Source of the DNA: a virus | IMG/VR virus record: IMGVR_UViG_3300042203_000045 | Reading direction: 5' to 3' (one strand) | DNA: 64,000 nucleotides | Shown here: positions 17,490 to 27,563 of the stretch, piece after piece | How the letters are laid out: every line of letters starts with the position of its first letter | How positions within the stretch are numbered: the first letter of the stretch is position 1 | Program-made: the position numbers and the translations under genes | The notes under the pieces: model-generated | Seen by the model: only the letters and a program-made list of their open reading frames with translations | Databases searched by the model: none | What the model was told of the DNA's origin: nothing

Positions 17490-18227
17490 TTACACAAAGC
17501 ACAGGCCGAACGCGCATTGTCGATTCGGCTCCCTGCGGTCGTCTGCGTCAATGTCTGCTAGTTCCAGGGCGACGCGCTGCGAGTGCAGGAATACCCCCCC
17601 CCGTTCGTCGTTCTCGCGTATCTCTGCATCCAACTCGATAGCCTGCCGCCACAATGCGGCGTCGGCGCGCACCTCCCGCCATTCGGCATTGTGCTGGTGC
17701 GGGCACATCCAGCAGCGAGACTTGCGCGGCAGAGGGTAGCCCGCGGCGGCGATGACGTGTTCGCAGTCCGCCTTGGTGAGCATCAGGTCGATGAGCGGAA
17801 AACGGCGGCCTTCGTCGCCTTTGATGCGGTTCACTTCGTCCAGGCTAAAGCCTATCCAGTTCACCAGGTCGGTTCCAGCGCCCAACACCTGGCGGGCGTA
17901 GCGATGCACAACGCGCGCCTTCCATTTGTCGCTGCAAAATGTCGGCAGCTTTCCAGTGTCGGTGTACGCGGGCACAAGCAGGTCGCCATTGCCTGCATAC
18001 ACGTCAACCGTCGCCAGCGTGTGCGGCGCTATGTGCAATTCAAGCCCAACCGACGCCAGCAACGGGCGCATATAAGCGGCGGCATAGTCCCAGGTTGACG
18101 GCATTTCGCGGCCAGTGTCGGCGGCGATAACGTAGTCGGGCCGCGGCAGCTTGCCTTGCGCGACGAGGATGCACATTGCAACCGTTTGCGTGCCGCCGCC
18201 GTAACTGAGTATCTCCGTCGCCATCAT
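17490..18227 (-). CDS. PAPS reductase / adenine nucleotide alpha-hydrolase family protein
   Basis: LSYGGGTQT PP-loop, ADTG.E, KSRCWMCP. Confidence 0.8.
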   Translation of the reverse strand: MMATEILSYGGGTQTVAMCILVAQGKLPRPDYVIAADTGREMPSTWDYAAAYMRPLLASVGLELHIAPHTLATVDVYAGNGDLLVPAYTDTGKLPTFCSDKWKARVVHRYARQVLGAGTDLVNWIGFSLDEVNRIKGDEGRRFPLIDLMLTKADCEHVIAAAGYPLPRKSRCWMCPHQHNAEWREVRADAALWRQAIELDAEIRENDERGGVFLHSQRVALELADIDADDRREPNRQCAFGLCFV

Positions 18228-18296
18228 TTCCCCTTTCCTTTGCGTTCCTCAGACCGGGCGGCGTGTCTCCGTATCCCTGCCGCCGCCCGGCCTGCT

Positions 18297-18632
18297 CTAT
18301 GCCTGCGCCGCCATCCACATGCGCCCGGCGGCAGGCTCCCACCAGAACAGGACGCCCGCCGTGTCCGCGGCGTTGCCCGGCGTCGTGTCGAGCGTGCATT
18401 TGCTGTAGCGCAAAGCGTGCGGGCGGCTGGTGGCGTGCAGTTCGCACCAGGTGAACATGCCGACCACTGCCGGGTTGTAGCCGGCGGCTTGCAGGGCGCT
18501 GTCGAAGTCCGCTTGCGTGAACCAGTCACGTGGGGCCGCGACGTGCGGCAGGTACAGGCCGGCGTGCGCGGGGGCGGGCGCGACGGACAGCAGGAGGGCA
18601 AGGAGTAGGGCGGCGAAGGTGGCGCGGGTCAC
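18297..18632 (-). CDS. Small secreted protein
   Basis: Signal peptide ending in AHA. Confidence 0.55.
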   Translation of the reverse strand: MTRATFAALLLALLLSVAPAPAHAGLYLPHVAAPRDWFTQADFDSALQAAGYNPAVVGMFTWCELHATSRPHALRYSKCTLDTTPGNAADTAGVLFWWEPAAGRMWMAAQA

Positions 18633-18838
18633 GGCTGCACCGCCTTGAGCACTTCATAGCCAACCTCGGTTGGCGTAACTGTGCGCGTGGCTTCGTTGTA
18701 GCCCGCCAAGGCCATGTCGCGCAGGGCAATGTAAGCGTCGAATTCCTCTGCCGTATCCGGCGTGACCTGCGGGTCGGCTGCTAGGTTCGCCAGCACGCGG
18801 CGTTGGATCGGCGTGATATGGATGCGTGTCTGTTTCAC
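18629..18838 (-). CDS. Hypothetical protein, possibly wHTH
   Basis: GGAGG RBS and GTG start coupled to the upstream stop. Confidence 0.5.
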   Translation of the reverse strand: MKQTRIHITPIQRRVLANLAADPQVTPDTAEEFDAYIALRDMALAGYNEATRTVTPTEVGYEVLKAVQP

Positions 18839-19176
18839 TTGCGCACCTCCAACGCCACGCGCAAGGCGGCCTCCATGCCTTCGTAGCGCGCCTGCCAGCA
18901 CTCCGCCTCGCCGCGCCAGTGGGCGGCGTCCTTGCGGGCTTCGCCCAGTGCGTCCATTGCCGTGTCGCGTTCGGCTTCGGCAATGCCAAGGGCGCGGCGG
19001 GTGGCTTCCAGGTCGGCGCGGGCAACTTCCAGGTCGTTACGGGCCTCACCCATGCCAACCAAGTACGCGTCGCGGGCGGCGGCGTTGTCGTTTGCTACCC
19101 GGCGCAGCGCGTCGCGCTCAGCGGTGACGGTTTCCAACTCCGTGCGCACGGCTTCCATTTCTGCATCACTGTACAT
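18835..19176 (-). CDS. Hypothetical coiled-coil protein
   Basis: AAGGGG RBS; AERD heptads. Confidence 0.55.
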   Translation of the reverse strand: MYSDAEMEAVRTELETVTAERDALRRVANDNAAARDAYLVGMGEARNDLEVARADLEATRRALGIAEAERDTAMDALGEARKDAAHWRGEAECWQARYEGMEAALRVALEVRK

Positions 19177-19379
19177 ATTCGTTGCCCCTTTCGTTCGTTG
19201 AGGCACGCCCCGCCCGCCGTCCTGCGGTGCTCCCCAGCCCGCCCCGGCTCAGGTGGCCGGGTGTCACGGGCGGGCAGAGCGTGTCGTTGTTGGTTGTAGC
19301 TCACCCGCCGCCGCCTGGTGCTTTGCCTAGCAGGGCGTCCGGCGCTTGTGTTGGTGCGCAGCGGCGGCGGGTGCGTGCG

Positions 19380-19616
19380 TTAACTGCTTCGCGCCTCCAG
19401 GTGCTGCACGGCGCTTTCCAGGGCGGCAAGGCGGTCAAGGATTTCGAGGTCGCGCAGTGCGTTGGTCATGGACACAAGCCGCTGTTCCAGCACGCCAGCG
19501 CCGTCGCACAAGGGGCACGTCACTGTGCCCCCGCCTTCGTGGGGCGGAACGGCAATAACGCCTGTGCCTTTGCACGTCACGCACTCGCGCCCGCCAGTGG
19601 TTACGTAAAATCGCAT
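19380..19616 (-). CDS. Small CxxCxGxG zinc-finger protein
   Basis: CVTCKGTG...CPLCDGAG. Confidence 0.6.
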   Translation of the reverse strand: MRFYVTTGGRECVTCKGTGVIAVPPHEGGGTVTCPLCDGAGVLEQRLVSMTNALRDLEILDRLAALESAVQHLEARSS

Positions 19617-19663
19617 GGCTTCTCCTTGGGCCTTTTCCCGTCATGCCCAGGACGTTCGCCGGC

Positions 19664-20506
19664 TCAGAACGGCGTGTTTTCCTCATCCTCATGGGACGGC
19701 GGAACAGCGTAGGCGGGATCGGCAGGCGGGGCGTCGGTGGCGTAATCGTCGGCCACGATGCCCAGGAAGCGCACCAGTTCGGCGTACTGGTGACGCACGT
19801 CAATCACGGCGGACAGTTCCGCCTCGGTCAGCGGCTTATCGGCGCTGAACTTGGCGACGCTGAACTTGATGCCCGCCCCGTTGGTTTCCTGCGCCAGTTC
19901 GATGCGGGTGTACTGCGTGAAGTACGCGCCGCCCTTGGTGCGGGCGCAGGCGCTGGCGTACACGTCAAACGCCTTAACGCTGGTGGGCGGGAGGGTCATA
20001 ATCGCGGGCATTGTCCAGCCCTCGACCAGGACAATCAACCGGCGCAAGCTCTTGCAAGCCTGGCCGCGCCCGCCGCCGCTGCCCCACTGCGCCAGCGGGC
20101 AGGAAGCGCACTCCCACGGGCCGACAGCCTTCTGCGCGTCTATCGTGTTCAGCGCCGGGTGACGGGCTTCCATCCCCGCCGCCGCCTTGACCTGCTCGCT
20201 GCCGGGGTCGAAGATGCCAGCCAGACCGTCGGGCGACGAACAAAGCGGAGGCTGCCCGGCGGTGTCCTTGGCGGGCCAGAACGCCCGCGCCTTCTGGCTC
20301 ACGGCGATGATGGCCCGGACTGGCGGCTTCAAGGTGTCGCTGTCATCCACCGAAAAGGCCATCATGCCGCCGGATGGGAACTTAATCCGCGTGGGCACGT
20401 AGTCGTACGCGCCCCCGTTGTCGGCCTCAAGCTCAGCCAGGACGGCGGACTGAAGCGGGGTAAGGGCGGTTCCGTTGCTGGAAATGACAGAAAGTGCGTT
20501 GCTCAC
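19664..20506 (-). CDS. Putative phage ssDNA-binding / recombination protein
   Basis: LCSSPDG, CASCP, ACK..RRL, LPPTS motifs; acidic EDEENTPF SSB-like tail; AAGGA RBS and GTG. Confidence 0.6.
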   Translation of the reverse strand: MSNALSVISSNGTALTPLQSAVLAELEADNGGAYDYVPTRIKFPSGGMMAFSVDDSDTLKPPVRAIIAVSQKARAFWPAKDTAGQPPLCSSPDGLAGIFDPGSEQVKAAAGMEARHPALNTIDAQKAVGPWECASCPLAQWGSGGGRGQACKSLRRLIVLVEGWTMPAIMTLPPTSVKAFDVYASACARTKGGAYFTQYTRIELAQETNGAGIKFSVAKFSADKPLTEAELSAVIDVRHQYAELVRFLGIVADDYATDAPPADPAYAVPPSHEDEENTPF

Positions 20507-20558
20507 TTGAGTTCCTTTCCGCGTGGGTTGGATGCGCGGCCCCCGGTTTTGGTTGGGC

Positions 20559-21044
20559 TTAAGCCCACAGAATGTCCCCGTCCGGCTCGTACCGGAGGGG
20601 CTTCTCGACGAAGAAAGACCGGCTGCGCTGAATCTCAGCAACAGCCTGCGGCGCCACACGCTCGCACAGGCCCCATACCCAGGCGGGGATGGAATCGTGT
20701 TCGTCCCACAGGCCGAAGTGGTTGCACGCGTCGCCGGCAATCTCGGCAGGGTCAACTTCACCAAAGCGTTCGTAGCGGGCAATGTTGGCCCGCACCCAGG
20801 CCGCAATGGCGGCGACCGACACGGCCTTGTCGCAGCGCCGCACGCAGTCGTACAGGTAGCGGCGGCGGCTGATGCGGTCATCACAGCGGCGCACCAGGGT
20901 CATTGCCTTGATGTGGCGCTCATCGGTGGCGACGTAGCCGCACGCTGCGCTGCGCAGCCGGCTGCGCAGGTCTTCGGCCTGCATGACCAGCCGAAACGCG
21001 GCCGTTGTCCGCAGAATCCATTCGCCTTGCTCCAAGAGTTTCAT
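20559..21044 (-). CDS. Hypothetical protein
   Basis: 161-aa ORF with RBS. Confidence 0.55.
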   Translation of the reverse strand: MKLLEQGEWILRTTAAFRLVMQAEDLRSRLRSAACGYVATDERHIKAMTLVRRCDDRISRRRYLYDCVRRCDKAVSVAAIAAWVRANIARYERFGEVDPAEIAGDACNHFGLWDEHDSIPAWVWGLCERVAPQAVAEIQRSRSFFVEKPLRYEPDGDILWA

Positions 21045-21182
21045 TTGCGTCCCCTTCCTTTCCCTGCATCCATCCCGCTACCTGTCCATCCGTCCAGTGA
21101 GCGGCGGGGGAGAGTCCCATATCCCACGCCAGCCTCCCCTGCTCAACCTGCGCCGCCAAGACGTTGTGCGGCGTCATAGCGC

Positions 21183-21605
21183 CTACCGCGCCGCCGCACG
21201 CAGCATGGCGGCGGTCAGTTCGGCGGCGGCCTCGGTGGCCCTGAAACGGTTCGCGCACTGGTCAAGGCCAATCTTGGCGTCGGCTGCGTTGTAGGCAGCA
21301 GCATTGGCCTGCGCCCACAAACGGGAAAGCGGCCCGCTCTGCCGAGCCTTGACCAGCGCGGCTTCCACTTCGGCCTTGCGCTTCTCAGCGTTGCTGCCGG
21401 TGGCCGCTGCGTTCGCTTCGACGGTGAACTCAACTTCGGCCTCGTCATACATGGTCTTGAGTTCCTTCGCCGTGCGGCGCTCGGCGGCTTCGTTCTCAAG
21501 CGCCAGATTCAACTGCTGCGCGCTGTCAGCCAGCGCCTGCCGAATCTCCAGGCCGGAGGCGATAATCTCAGCGAACGGGTTCAGAATGTCGTTGTAAGTC
21601 GTCAT
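21183..21605 (-). CDS. Hypothetical coiled-coil protein
   Basis: AAGGAG RBS; helical. Confidence 0.6.
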   Translation of the reverse strand: MTTYNDILNPFAEIIASGLEIRQALADSAQQLNLALENEAAERRTAKELKTMYDEAEVEFTVEANAAATGSNAEKRKAEVEAALVKARQSGPLSRLWAQANAAAYNAADAKIGLDQCANRFRATEAAAELTAAMLRAAAR

Positions 21606-21676
21606 AAGTCGTTGCTCCTTGTCAGTCAAAAGTTGGTGGTAGTGGTGGGGGCGGTGATGAGCCGCCCCCTGGTTGC

Positions 21677-21949
21677 TCAGAAACGCAGGCTGTAGCCTTC
21701 CTCGTCCTCGTCCCACTGCTGGCCCATCAGGTCGCGGTCGGCGGACGCTTCCGGGATGGCGATCCCGTTGCGGGCGGCGTAGCTGAGAACCATCTGCGCC
21801 ATGCGGATCGCATCGTCCAGGTCCAGCGACGTTTGCAGCGTGGCCTGATACTGGACGTACAGCCGCTCGCCGCGCCCGATGCCCGCAACAAGGGCCGGCT
21901 CGGAGAGCTTGACAACGGGCTTGGTCGGGTGTACTGTCTGTGTGGGCAT
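21677..21949 (-). CDS. Hypothetical protein, first gene of the left early arm
   Basis: AAGGA RBS downstream of a strong promoter. Confidence 0.6.
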   Translation of the reverse strand: MPTQTVHPTKPVVKLSEPALVAGIGRGERLYVQYQATLQTSLDLDDAIRMAQMVLSYAARNGIAIPEASADRDLMGQQWDEDEEGYSLRF

Positions 21950-22018
21950 AGAATGTCCTTTCATGTCCCTGGCCTCTGGGCGTTTGCGGCGCCGCAGAGG
22001 CTTTTGTTTAGCCGAATA

Positions 22019-22075
22019 ATCACTTACAGTGATGATTATAGCAGGTTTTGGGCATTTGTCAACACTTTCAGTGAT
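22019..22075 (-). promoter_or_regulatory. Leftward early promoter with two operators
   Basis: TTGACA (22062-22057)-16 bp-TATAAT (22040-22035); ATCACTTACAGTGAT and AACACTTTCAGTGAT. Confidence 0.85.
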
Positions 22076-22133
22076 GTTTTTGCAATATTGGTCTGACAAT
22101 AGACGGGTCAATTTCGGTCAGTAATCACCAGGA

Positions 22134-22610
22134 GTGAAGATTATGTTCGAGTGGATTGTCGGTGTCCTTTTCGCCGTCTCGCTGCTTCTGGCAGCGCCGC
22201 CCGCGCCGGTTGCGCCAGCCAGTGACACGGGCGCACCGCCCGATGTGGACGCCTACGTAGCGGAGATCAGGCCGGCGCTTGGGCGGCTGGGAAGCGGGGT
22301 AGGGGAGATGTCGGCGCTGATGGGTGCGCCGGCGCTGGCGAGCGCAGACTGGCGCGCCTCAGCGCAGGCCAGCTTTGAGGATGTGCGGGCCGGTCATGCG
22401 GCGCTGCAAGCGTACACGGCGCCGGCAGCGTTCACCGACGCCCACGCCAGCCTGGTGGCCGCCACGCAGCAATGCGCCGATGGTGCGGACGCTGCGCAGG
22501 CGGCGGTGGACAAGGGAGAGGCCGCCGGGCTGTACGCGGCCACGGAGCTGCTGGTCAGGTGTGCGAGTGGAATCGAGGCGTTCGGGGATATGCTGGACGC
22601 GATGCGCTAA
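22134..22610 (+). CDS. Exported / membrane-anchored helical protein (possible lysogen-expressed exclusion factor)
   Basis: N-terminal hydrophobic signal, Pro-rich linker; next to the integrase. Confidence 0.6.
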   Translation: MKIMFEWIVGVLFAVSLLLAAPPAPVAPASDTGAPPDVDAYVAEIRPALGRLGSGVGEMSALMGAPALASADWRASAQASFEDVRAGHAALQAYTAPAAFTDAHASLVAATQQCADGADAAQAAVDKGEAAGLYAATELLVRCASGIEAFGDMLDAMR

Positions 22611-22615
22611 AGAAA

Positions 22616-22644
22616 GAGGCGACCGCACGTCACGCGGTCGCCTC
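22616..22644. terminator. Hairpin between convergent genes
   Basis: GAGGCGACCGC...GCGGTCGCCTC. Confidence 0.7.
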
Positions 22645-22719
22645 CTGGTGCATCTTCAGGGTGGCAAATGTCGGTTTGCCACCATAAAAATGCACCCATT
22701 TTCCCGTCTGTTTCCCTTT

Positions 22720-24183
22720 CTACAGCCATTCCACCGCAAACACCTCGCGCCCGTCCACCCAGACCCGCACGTGCGCTCGAAGCCAGGCGTTCGCAGCCGT
22801 CCCGTCTGGATCGTCCATCTTCGCCAGCCCAAGCGCCGCCGCATCCTCCAGCCGTTGGCGGCGCCCGCCGCTCTCGGATTCTTGCGTCAGCGCGGCGGCA
22901 ATCTGCGCTAGTTCCTCATGCGCCGCCGCCGCGTCCGCGCCGATGCGCTCAACCTGCGCCTCGTAGCGATCCGCCGTCATCGTCCCGCGCACGTAGGCGC
23001 TGTCAGCCCGCGCCAGCGCCGCGTCCAGGTCGGTGAGCAGCTTTCCCACCTGCGCCTGGCGGGCGTGCAGCGCGGCGGCGGGTTCCACCGCATCCGCCGC
23101 CATGCCATCCAGGTCAGCCTCGCGCAGGCTCTCCATTCGCACGCGCAGCTTGGCCTCTACCCGCCGGTAGGAGATGCCGCCGTGCTCCAGGCAGACGAGC
23201 AACATCCTATCCTTGTGGTGTGGCTTGCGACCAGAGACGCGGCGCACGATCATCCGCCGCCCGCAGTGGCGGCAGCAGACCACGCCGGACAGCAGGTAGG
23301 GCGTATCGACGCGCCGGCGATTTGCCTCGCGGTAGCGGCGTTCGGCCTCGATAAGCGCCAGCATGTCCGCACTGATGAGCGCCGGCCAAGCGCCCGCCGC
23401 TTCCGTGTAGGGCCGCCCCTTGCGGCTGCGCCGGTTGACCGCCGTAATCCCGGCGTAGCGGCGCACGTTGTCGAGGATGCTGCGCACGTTGATCGCCCGC
23501 CAGTCGCCGCGTCCTTCCGGCGTGGGATGGCCGGCGGCGTTGAAGTGCGCCGCAATGTAGGGCGTGCCGTGCCCCATCAGGTAGAGTGTGAACAGTTCGC
23601 TCACCACGGCGGCGGCGGCCTCGTCGATAACGACCGCCTTCGAGCCATCGGCGGCGTAATGCCACCGGTAGCCGTACACCAGTTTGTTGGCCGGCTTGCC
23701 AGCCTTGATGCGCCCGATCATGCCCGCACGGTGGCGCTCTTGCAACTTGCGCACCTCCCGCTCGGCGCCGACGCTCTTGATTGCGCCGATCAACATATCG
23801 TCGTGCGACTGGTTGGCGTCCAGGGTGGCCGGCGGATTTTCGACCTCATACGCCGCAATGCCGGCCTCAGCGCACAATGCAACCACGGCCATGCTCAACG
23901 CCGCCTTGCGCCCCAGGCGCGACCTGTCCAGGTAGATCAGCACGTCGAAGGCGCGGGCGTCGATAAGCTCGCGCAGGCGAGCATAGGCGGGCATTTTGCG
24001 GGCGGCGTCCTCAAAGAGCACGATGTTGCGGCTCTCGCCGGGAACGACCAGTTCGTCCACCACCACCCCGCCCCATCGTTCGGCATGTTCGCGGTTCGTC
24101 GCCAGTTGGTCAGACAGGCTGATTTTCTTGGCTTGCGGCAAGCTGGAGACAGCCGCCCAGGAGACGAAACGTTTAGCTTTCAT
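22720..24183 (-). CDS. Large serine recombinase (integrase)
   Basis: Resolvase domain (VSS..Q, DRSRLGR), YGY recombinase domain, LLSG...C..CG zinc ribbon, coiled coil. Confidence 0.92.
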   Translation of the reverse strand: MKAKRFVSWAAVSSLPQAKKISLSDQLATNREHAERWGGVVVDELVVPGESRNIVLFEDAARKMPAYARLRELIDARAFDVLIYLDRSRLGRKAALSMAVVALCAEAGIAAYEVENPPATLDANQSHDDMLIGAIKSVGAEREVRKLQERHRAGMIGRIKAGKPANKLVYGYRWHYAADGSKAVVIDEAAAAVVSELFTLYLMGHGTPYIAAHFNAAGHPTPEGRGDWRAINVRSILDNVRRYAGITAVNRRSRKGRPYTEAAGAWPALISADMLALIEAERRYREANRRRVDTPYLLSGVVCCRHCGRRMIVRRVSGRKPHHKDRMLLVCLEHGGISYRRVEAKLRVRMESLREADLDGMAADAVEPAAALHARQAQVGKLLTDLDAALARADSAYVRGTMTADRYEAQVERIGADAAAAHEELAQIAAALTQESESGGRRQRLEDAAALGLAKMDDPDGTAANAWLRAHVRVWVDGREVFAVEWL

Positions 24184-24474
24184 TGCTAATGGTCATTTCT
24201 GGATAAAATAGTTAGCCGTTTCCTCTGTTTTCCTTAATTCGCCCGTATGGTATAGTGGTAATGATTGCGTGTAAGAAATTGCACGCCACATAGCAACCAT
24301 CCAGCTAAACGAAAAGAGAGTGCAATGGATTCCCCAAAAAAATCAAATCCCAAAAAATCGCGCTCAGGCGCATCACAGGCGCGCCGCACGGATGCCGACG
24401 CCTCACGAATCGACGCCGCCGTGCTGCGTTTTGAGCAGCGCCTGCTTGCCGCCGCCGCATGGCGCAAGCGAGTG

Positions 24475-25089
24475 CTACCGCGCAGTTCTCCGCTGGCGCA
24501 CGTGGGGGCCGCCCTCCTGGCGATCATCTTCATCTAAAATCGCATCGGCAAATTTCACTGCGCTCTCGGCCATGCCGGGGGCGCTCCGTTTGCCCCTTTG
24601 CTCGCCGCCCACCAAGCGCCACACCAGCCACGCCACCGCCGCAAAGTCACCCTCATCGCACGTCGCCAGCATCTCAGCCATTTCCTGCAACCGATCTCGC
24701 CGCCGCGGGTCATCTACACCCACGACCACTTGATCTTCCAGGTCAGTCGCCGGCTTGGGGTCGTTGGTCAGGCCAACAAAGTGATCTGTGTTTGTTTCGA
24801 GCGCCAGCGCCAGCGCCGCCAACACGCGAATAGACGGCAGCTTGTTCCCGTCGCCATTCTCGATGTTGCTGATGTGGCTTGGATGCTTGACTCCGGGCCG
24901 GTAGGGCGTCGCGTTCATCCGCTCAATCAGCTCCGGCTGGCTAAGCTGCAACTCCTCGCGCCGATCCGCCACAAGGCGACCGAGCCGCACTAGCGGATCT
25001 GTCGGCCCGCCCCACTCCCGTTCGTCAGTTTTGCTCATGCCATCCAGCGTAACATCACTTTCGGTGAACGTTTTCCGGTGGTGAATCAT
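24475..25089 (-). CDS. CI-like XRE repressor (start 25089 or 25038)
   Basis: LSQPEL...SHISNIENG...PSIRVLAALALAL HTH; divergent from Cro. Confidence 0.8.
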   Translation of the reverse strand: MIHHRKTFTESDVTLDGMSKTDEREWGGPTDPLVRLGRLVADRREELQLSQPELIERMNATPYRPGVKHPSHISNIENGDGNKLPSIRVLAALALALETNTDHFVGLTNDPKPATDLEDQVVVGVDDPRRRDRLQEMAEMLATCDEGDFAAVAWLVWRLVGGEQRGKRSAPGMAESAVKFADAILDEDDRQEGGPHVRQRRTAR

Positions 25090-25167
25090 ATTCTCGAATC
25101 CCCCTGTTAATCATCACTGAAAGTGTTGACAATCGGCGGCGGCGGCATTATAATCACTGAGAGTAAT
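25054..25167. promoter_or_regulatory. Lysis/lysogeny switch: rightward promoter with three operators
   Basis: TTGACA (25126)-17 bp-TATAAT (25149); operators at 25054-25068, 25113-25127, 25153-25167. Confidence 0.85.
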
Positions 25168-25193
25168 GTTTTTGCCCGTAAACTACACTGGAG

Positions 25194-25439
25194 GTGAATA
25201 TAGTGACAGTGAAAATCAACCTGCGCCCCCTGCGCGAACAGCGGGGATTGACGCAGGAAGCGCTCGGCTCCGACCTTGGCGTCGGCCAGGCGTACATCGG
25301 CAATATCGAATCCGGGCTGCGCAACCCGTCGCTCGTCATGGCGCTGAAGATGGCCCGTTATTTTGGCGTCCCCCTGGACGACATCGTCGTCGCTGACGAT
25401 GAGGGCGGGGCGCCGGAGCCGGAGGCCGCCTGTGCGTAA
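25194..25439 (+). CDS. Cro-like XRE HTH regulator
   Basis: LREQRGLTQEAL...QAYIGNIESG.RNPS. Confidence 0.85.
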   Translation: MNIVTVKINLRPLREQRGLTQEALGSDLGVGQAYIGNIESGLRNPSLVMALKMARYFGVPLDDIVVADDEGGAPEPEAACA

Positions 25440-25806
25440 CGCGCCATCCCTTCCCCCGGCGCTCTCCCCCGACGCCGCCGCCTGGTTGCGGGCGCACGGG
25501 GCCGCGTCCGTGCGCGTGTGCGCGGATGGAATTATCGAGTTCTCGCGCCGCCCGCTGCCGGACGCCCTGACCGCCGCCGCCGTGGACGCACTGCCGGGCG
25601 CACTGCCAGCCAGTTCGCACGTTGCGGCGCTCCCTTTGCTCCAAAAATAGGTGTGCCCGCAGCGGGCGAGGCTGCGGGCACGTGGGGGCGGCGGTCGCCC
25701 TGGGCCTGGCTTGACGGCATTGCGGCGTCTTTGGCGCGTAGCTGTCATGTCCTCAGTGTAGCACCGTCATCTCCATTTCGTTTCAACGAATTTTCACAGG
25801 AGGCTT

Positions 25807-26145
25807 ATGAACCCTCTGGCTTCTGTCCTATGCGCTACGCTGCCCGGCGCGCTCTGCGCCAGCGCCCACTATTTCCCCTGGCGCTTTTGGTTCAAGCGTG
25901 GGCGCCTGCCGCGCCCGTGGGCCTACGTCTTTGGCCTGCTGGCGATCCTCCTGCCCGCCACCGTCGCCGCGCTGCTGGCCGCGCAGTCGGCAGCCGACGC
26001 CCTGTCGCTGGTCTGGCTGGCGACGATCTCCGCCGGGCTGGGCACGGCCCTTCCCTGGTGGCACGACCACCAAAAGCGCGCCGAATACCAGCGAGCCGAC
26101 GAAATGGCCGACCAGTTGGAGCATGACGAATTCTATGGCGAGTAG
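25807..26145 (+). CDS. Membrane protein
   Basis: GGAGG RBS; about 3 hydrophobic segments. Confidence 0.6.
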   Translation: MNPLASVLCATLPGALCASAHYFPWRFWFKRGRLPRPWAYVFGLLAILLPATVAALLAAQSAADALSLVWLATISAGLGTALPWWHDHQKRAEYQRADEMADQLEHDEFYGE

Positions 26146-26376
26146 GCGCTCTGTGGCGGTGTCCGCCTCCGACGACGACGCCGCCATGTTGGCGGACGGG
26201 GCCGACGCCCTGCGCAGCCTGGCGCACCTGGTCGCGGCCATCGACCGCCGCAACCTGTGGTGTGAACTGGCGTGGGAGCCGGACAGCGCCAGCGCCGAGG
26301 CGCATCGCGATGTGGCGCGGGTGCGCCGATCCCTGGATGTCGGGCGGCGGGCGATCGCGGAAAGGCGGGCCGGCGC

Positions 26377-27558
26377 ATGAGCGATTTTAGCGGCGCAGCG
26401 ACGTTCGATGACGACGACCTGCGGCAACTGATAGACGGCAACGTCGTCACGGCGGAGGATGTGGCGGCGAACGCGGACCAGGACGACGCGCCCAGCAAGC
26501 TCGCCGGCCAGTGGGTCCCGCTCACGATGGCCGACGCCTACGCCGACGATTCGCCCATCGAGTTTTTGATAGAGGGGCTGCTGCCCATTCCGTCACTGTC
26601 CATCGTTTACGGCGGGCCGGGCAGCCTTAAATCGATGCTGCTGGCGGACCTTGCCGTATGCGTGGCGGCGGGCAAGACGTGGTTGGAGTCACTGCCGGGA
26701 GACGCCTTGGGGGGTGTGTCGTTCGCCACCAAGCGGACGCCTGTGCTGTGGCTGGATTTTGACAACGGCAAGAAGCGCACGAACCGGCGCATGGCCGCTC
26801 TGGGCCGCGGACACGAACTGCCGGGCGATGCACCCATGCACTACATATCTATGGCGAAGCCGTGGCTGAACGCCAGTGACAATGCAATGGTCGAGGAGGT
26901 CGCCAAGTACCTCAAGGCCGGCGGCTATCGACTCCTGATTATCGACAACCTTGGCCTGGTGAATGGCGGCATCGAGGAGAACAGCAGCGAGATGGCGCAG
27001 GTCATGGGCTTACTGCGTTGGCTGTCAGAGGATGCGAATTGCGCCGTGATCGTCATCCATCACCAACGCAAGGGCAGCGCCGGCGCATCCGACCCCAACC
27101 AGCGCAAAGGCGACACGCTGCGCGGCCACTCCACTATCGAGGCCTCGCTCGACATGGCGCTACTGATTGAGCGGCATGGCAGAGAAGATGCAATTCTAGC
27201 CATCCCCACCAAGACCCGCGATTTTCACCGCTTCGATTTCTTTGGCGCTCTCTGGACATTCGAGCACTTCCCCGACGACGACCGCATGAAAACAGGTCGC
27301 TTCTGGGCGAGGTCCGTCGCCACGGGCGAGGAAGCGGTCAATATGGCGATCAAGGCGCAGATCAAGCTGGAGTTGCGCGGGCGCGACTGGACGGGCCAGA
27401 AGGCGCTCGTCGATCTAGTGCGCGACTCGATGGCCGCCAAGCCGGGAGGCAAAGCACCGGGGATCAACAAAGTGCGCGGACTGCTGCGCGAAATGGCGGA
27501 GGAGGGCGCAATCATCCAGCGCACTCAGGGCAAAACATTGGAGTACAAGCTGCTATAG
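26377..27558 (+). CDS. AAA_25 / RepA-like RecA-fold replicative helicase
   Basis: Walker A GPGSLKS, Walker B LLIID, IHHQRK, LRGHS; C-terminal wHTH-like region. Confidence 0.85.
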   Translation: MSDFSGAATFDDDDLRQLIDGNVVTAEDVAANADQDDAPSKLAGQWVPLTMADAYADDSPIEFLIEGLLPIPSLSIVYGGPGSLKSMLLADLAVCVAAGKTWLESLPGDALGGVSFATKRTPVLWLDFDNGKKRTNRRMAALGRGHELPGDAPMHYISMAKPWLNASDNAMVEEVAKYLKAGGYRLLIIDNLGLVNGGIEENSSEMAQVMGLLRWLSEDANCAVIVIHHQRKGSAGASDPNQRKGDTLRGHSTIEASLDMALLIERHGREDAILAIPTKTRDFHRFDFFGALWTFEHFPDDDRMKTGRFWARSVATGEEAVNMAIKAQIKLELRGRDWTGQKALVDLVRDSMAAKPGGKAPGINKVRGLLREMAEEGAIIQRTQGKTLEYKLL

Positions 27559-27563
27559 CCACA

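Noticed and set aside
24324..24537. Small ORF antisense to the repressor 3' end
   Set aside because: No recognisable domain and weak RBS; cannot be supported
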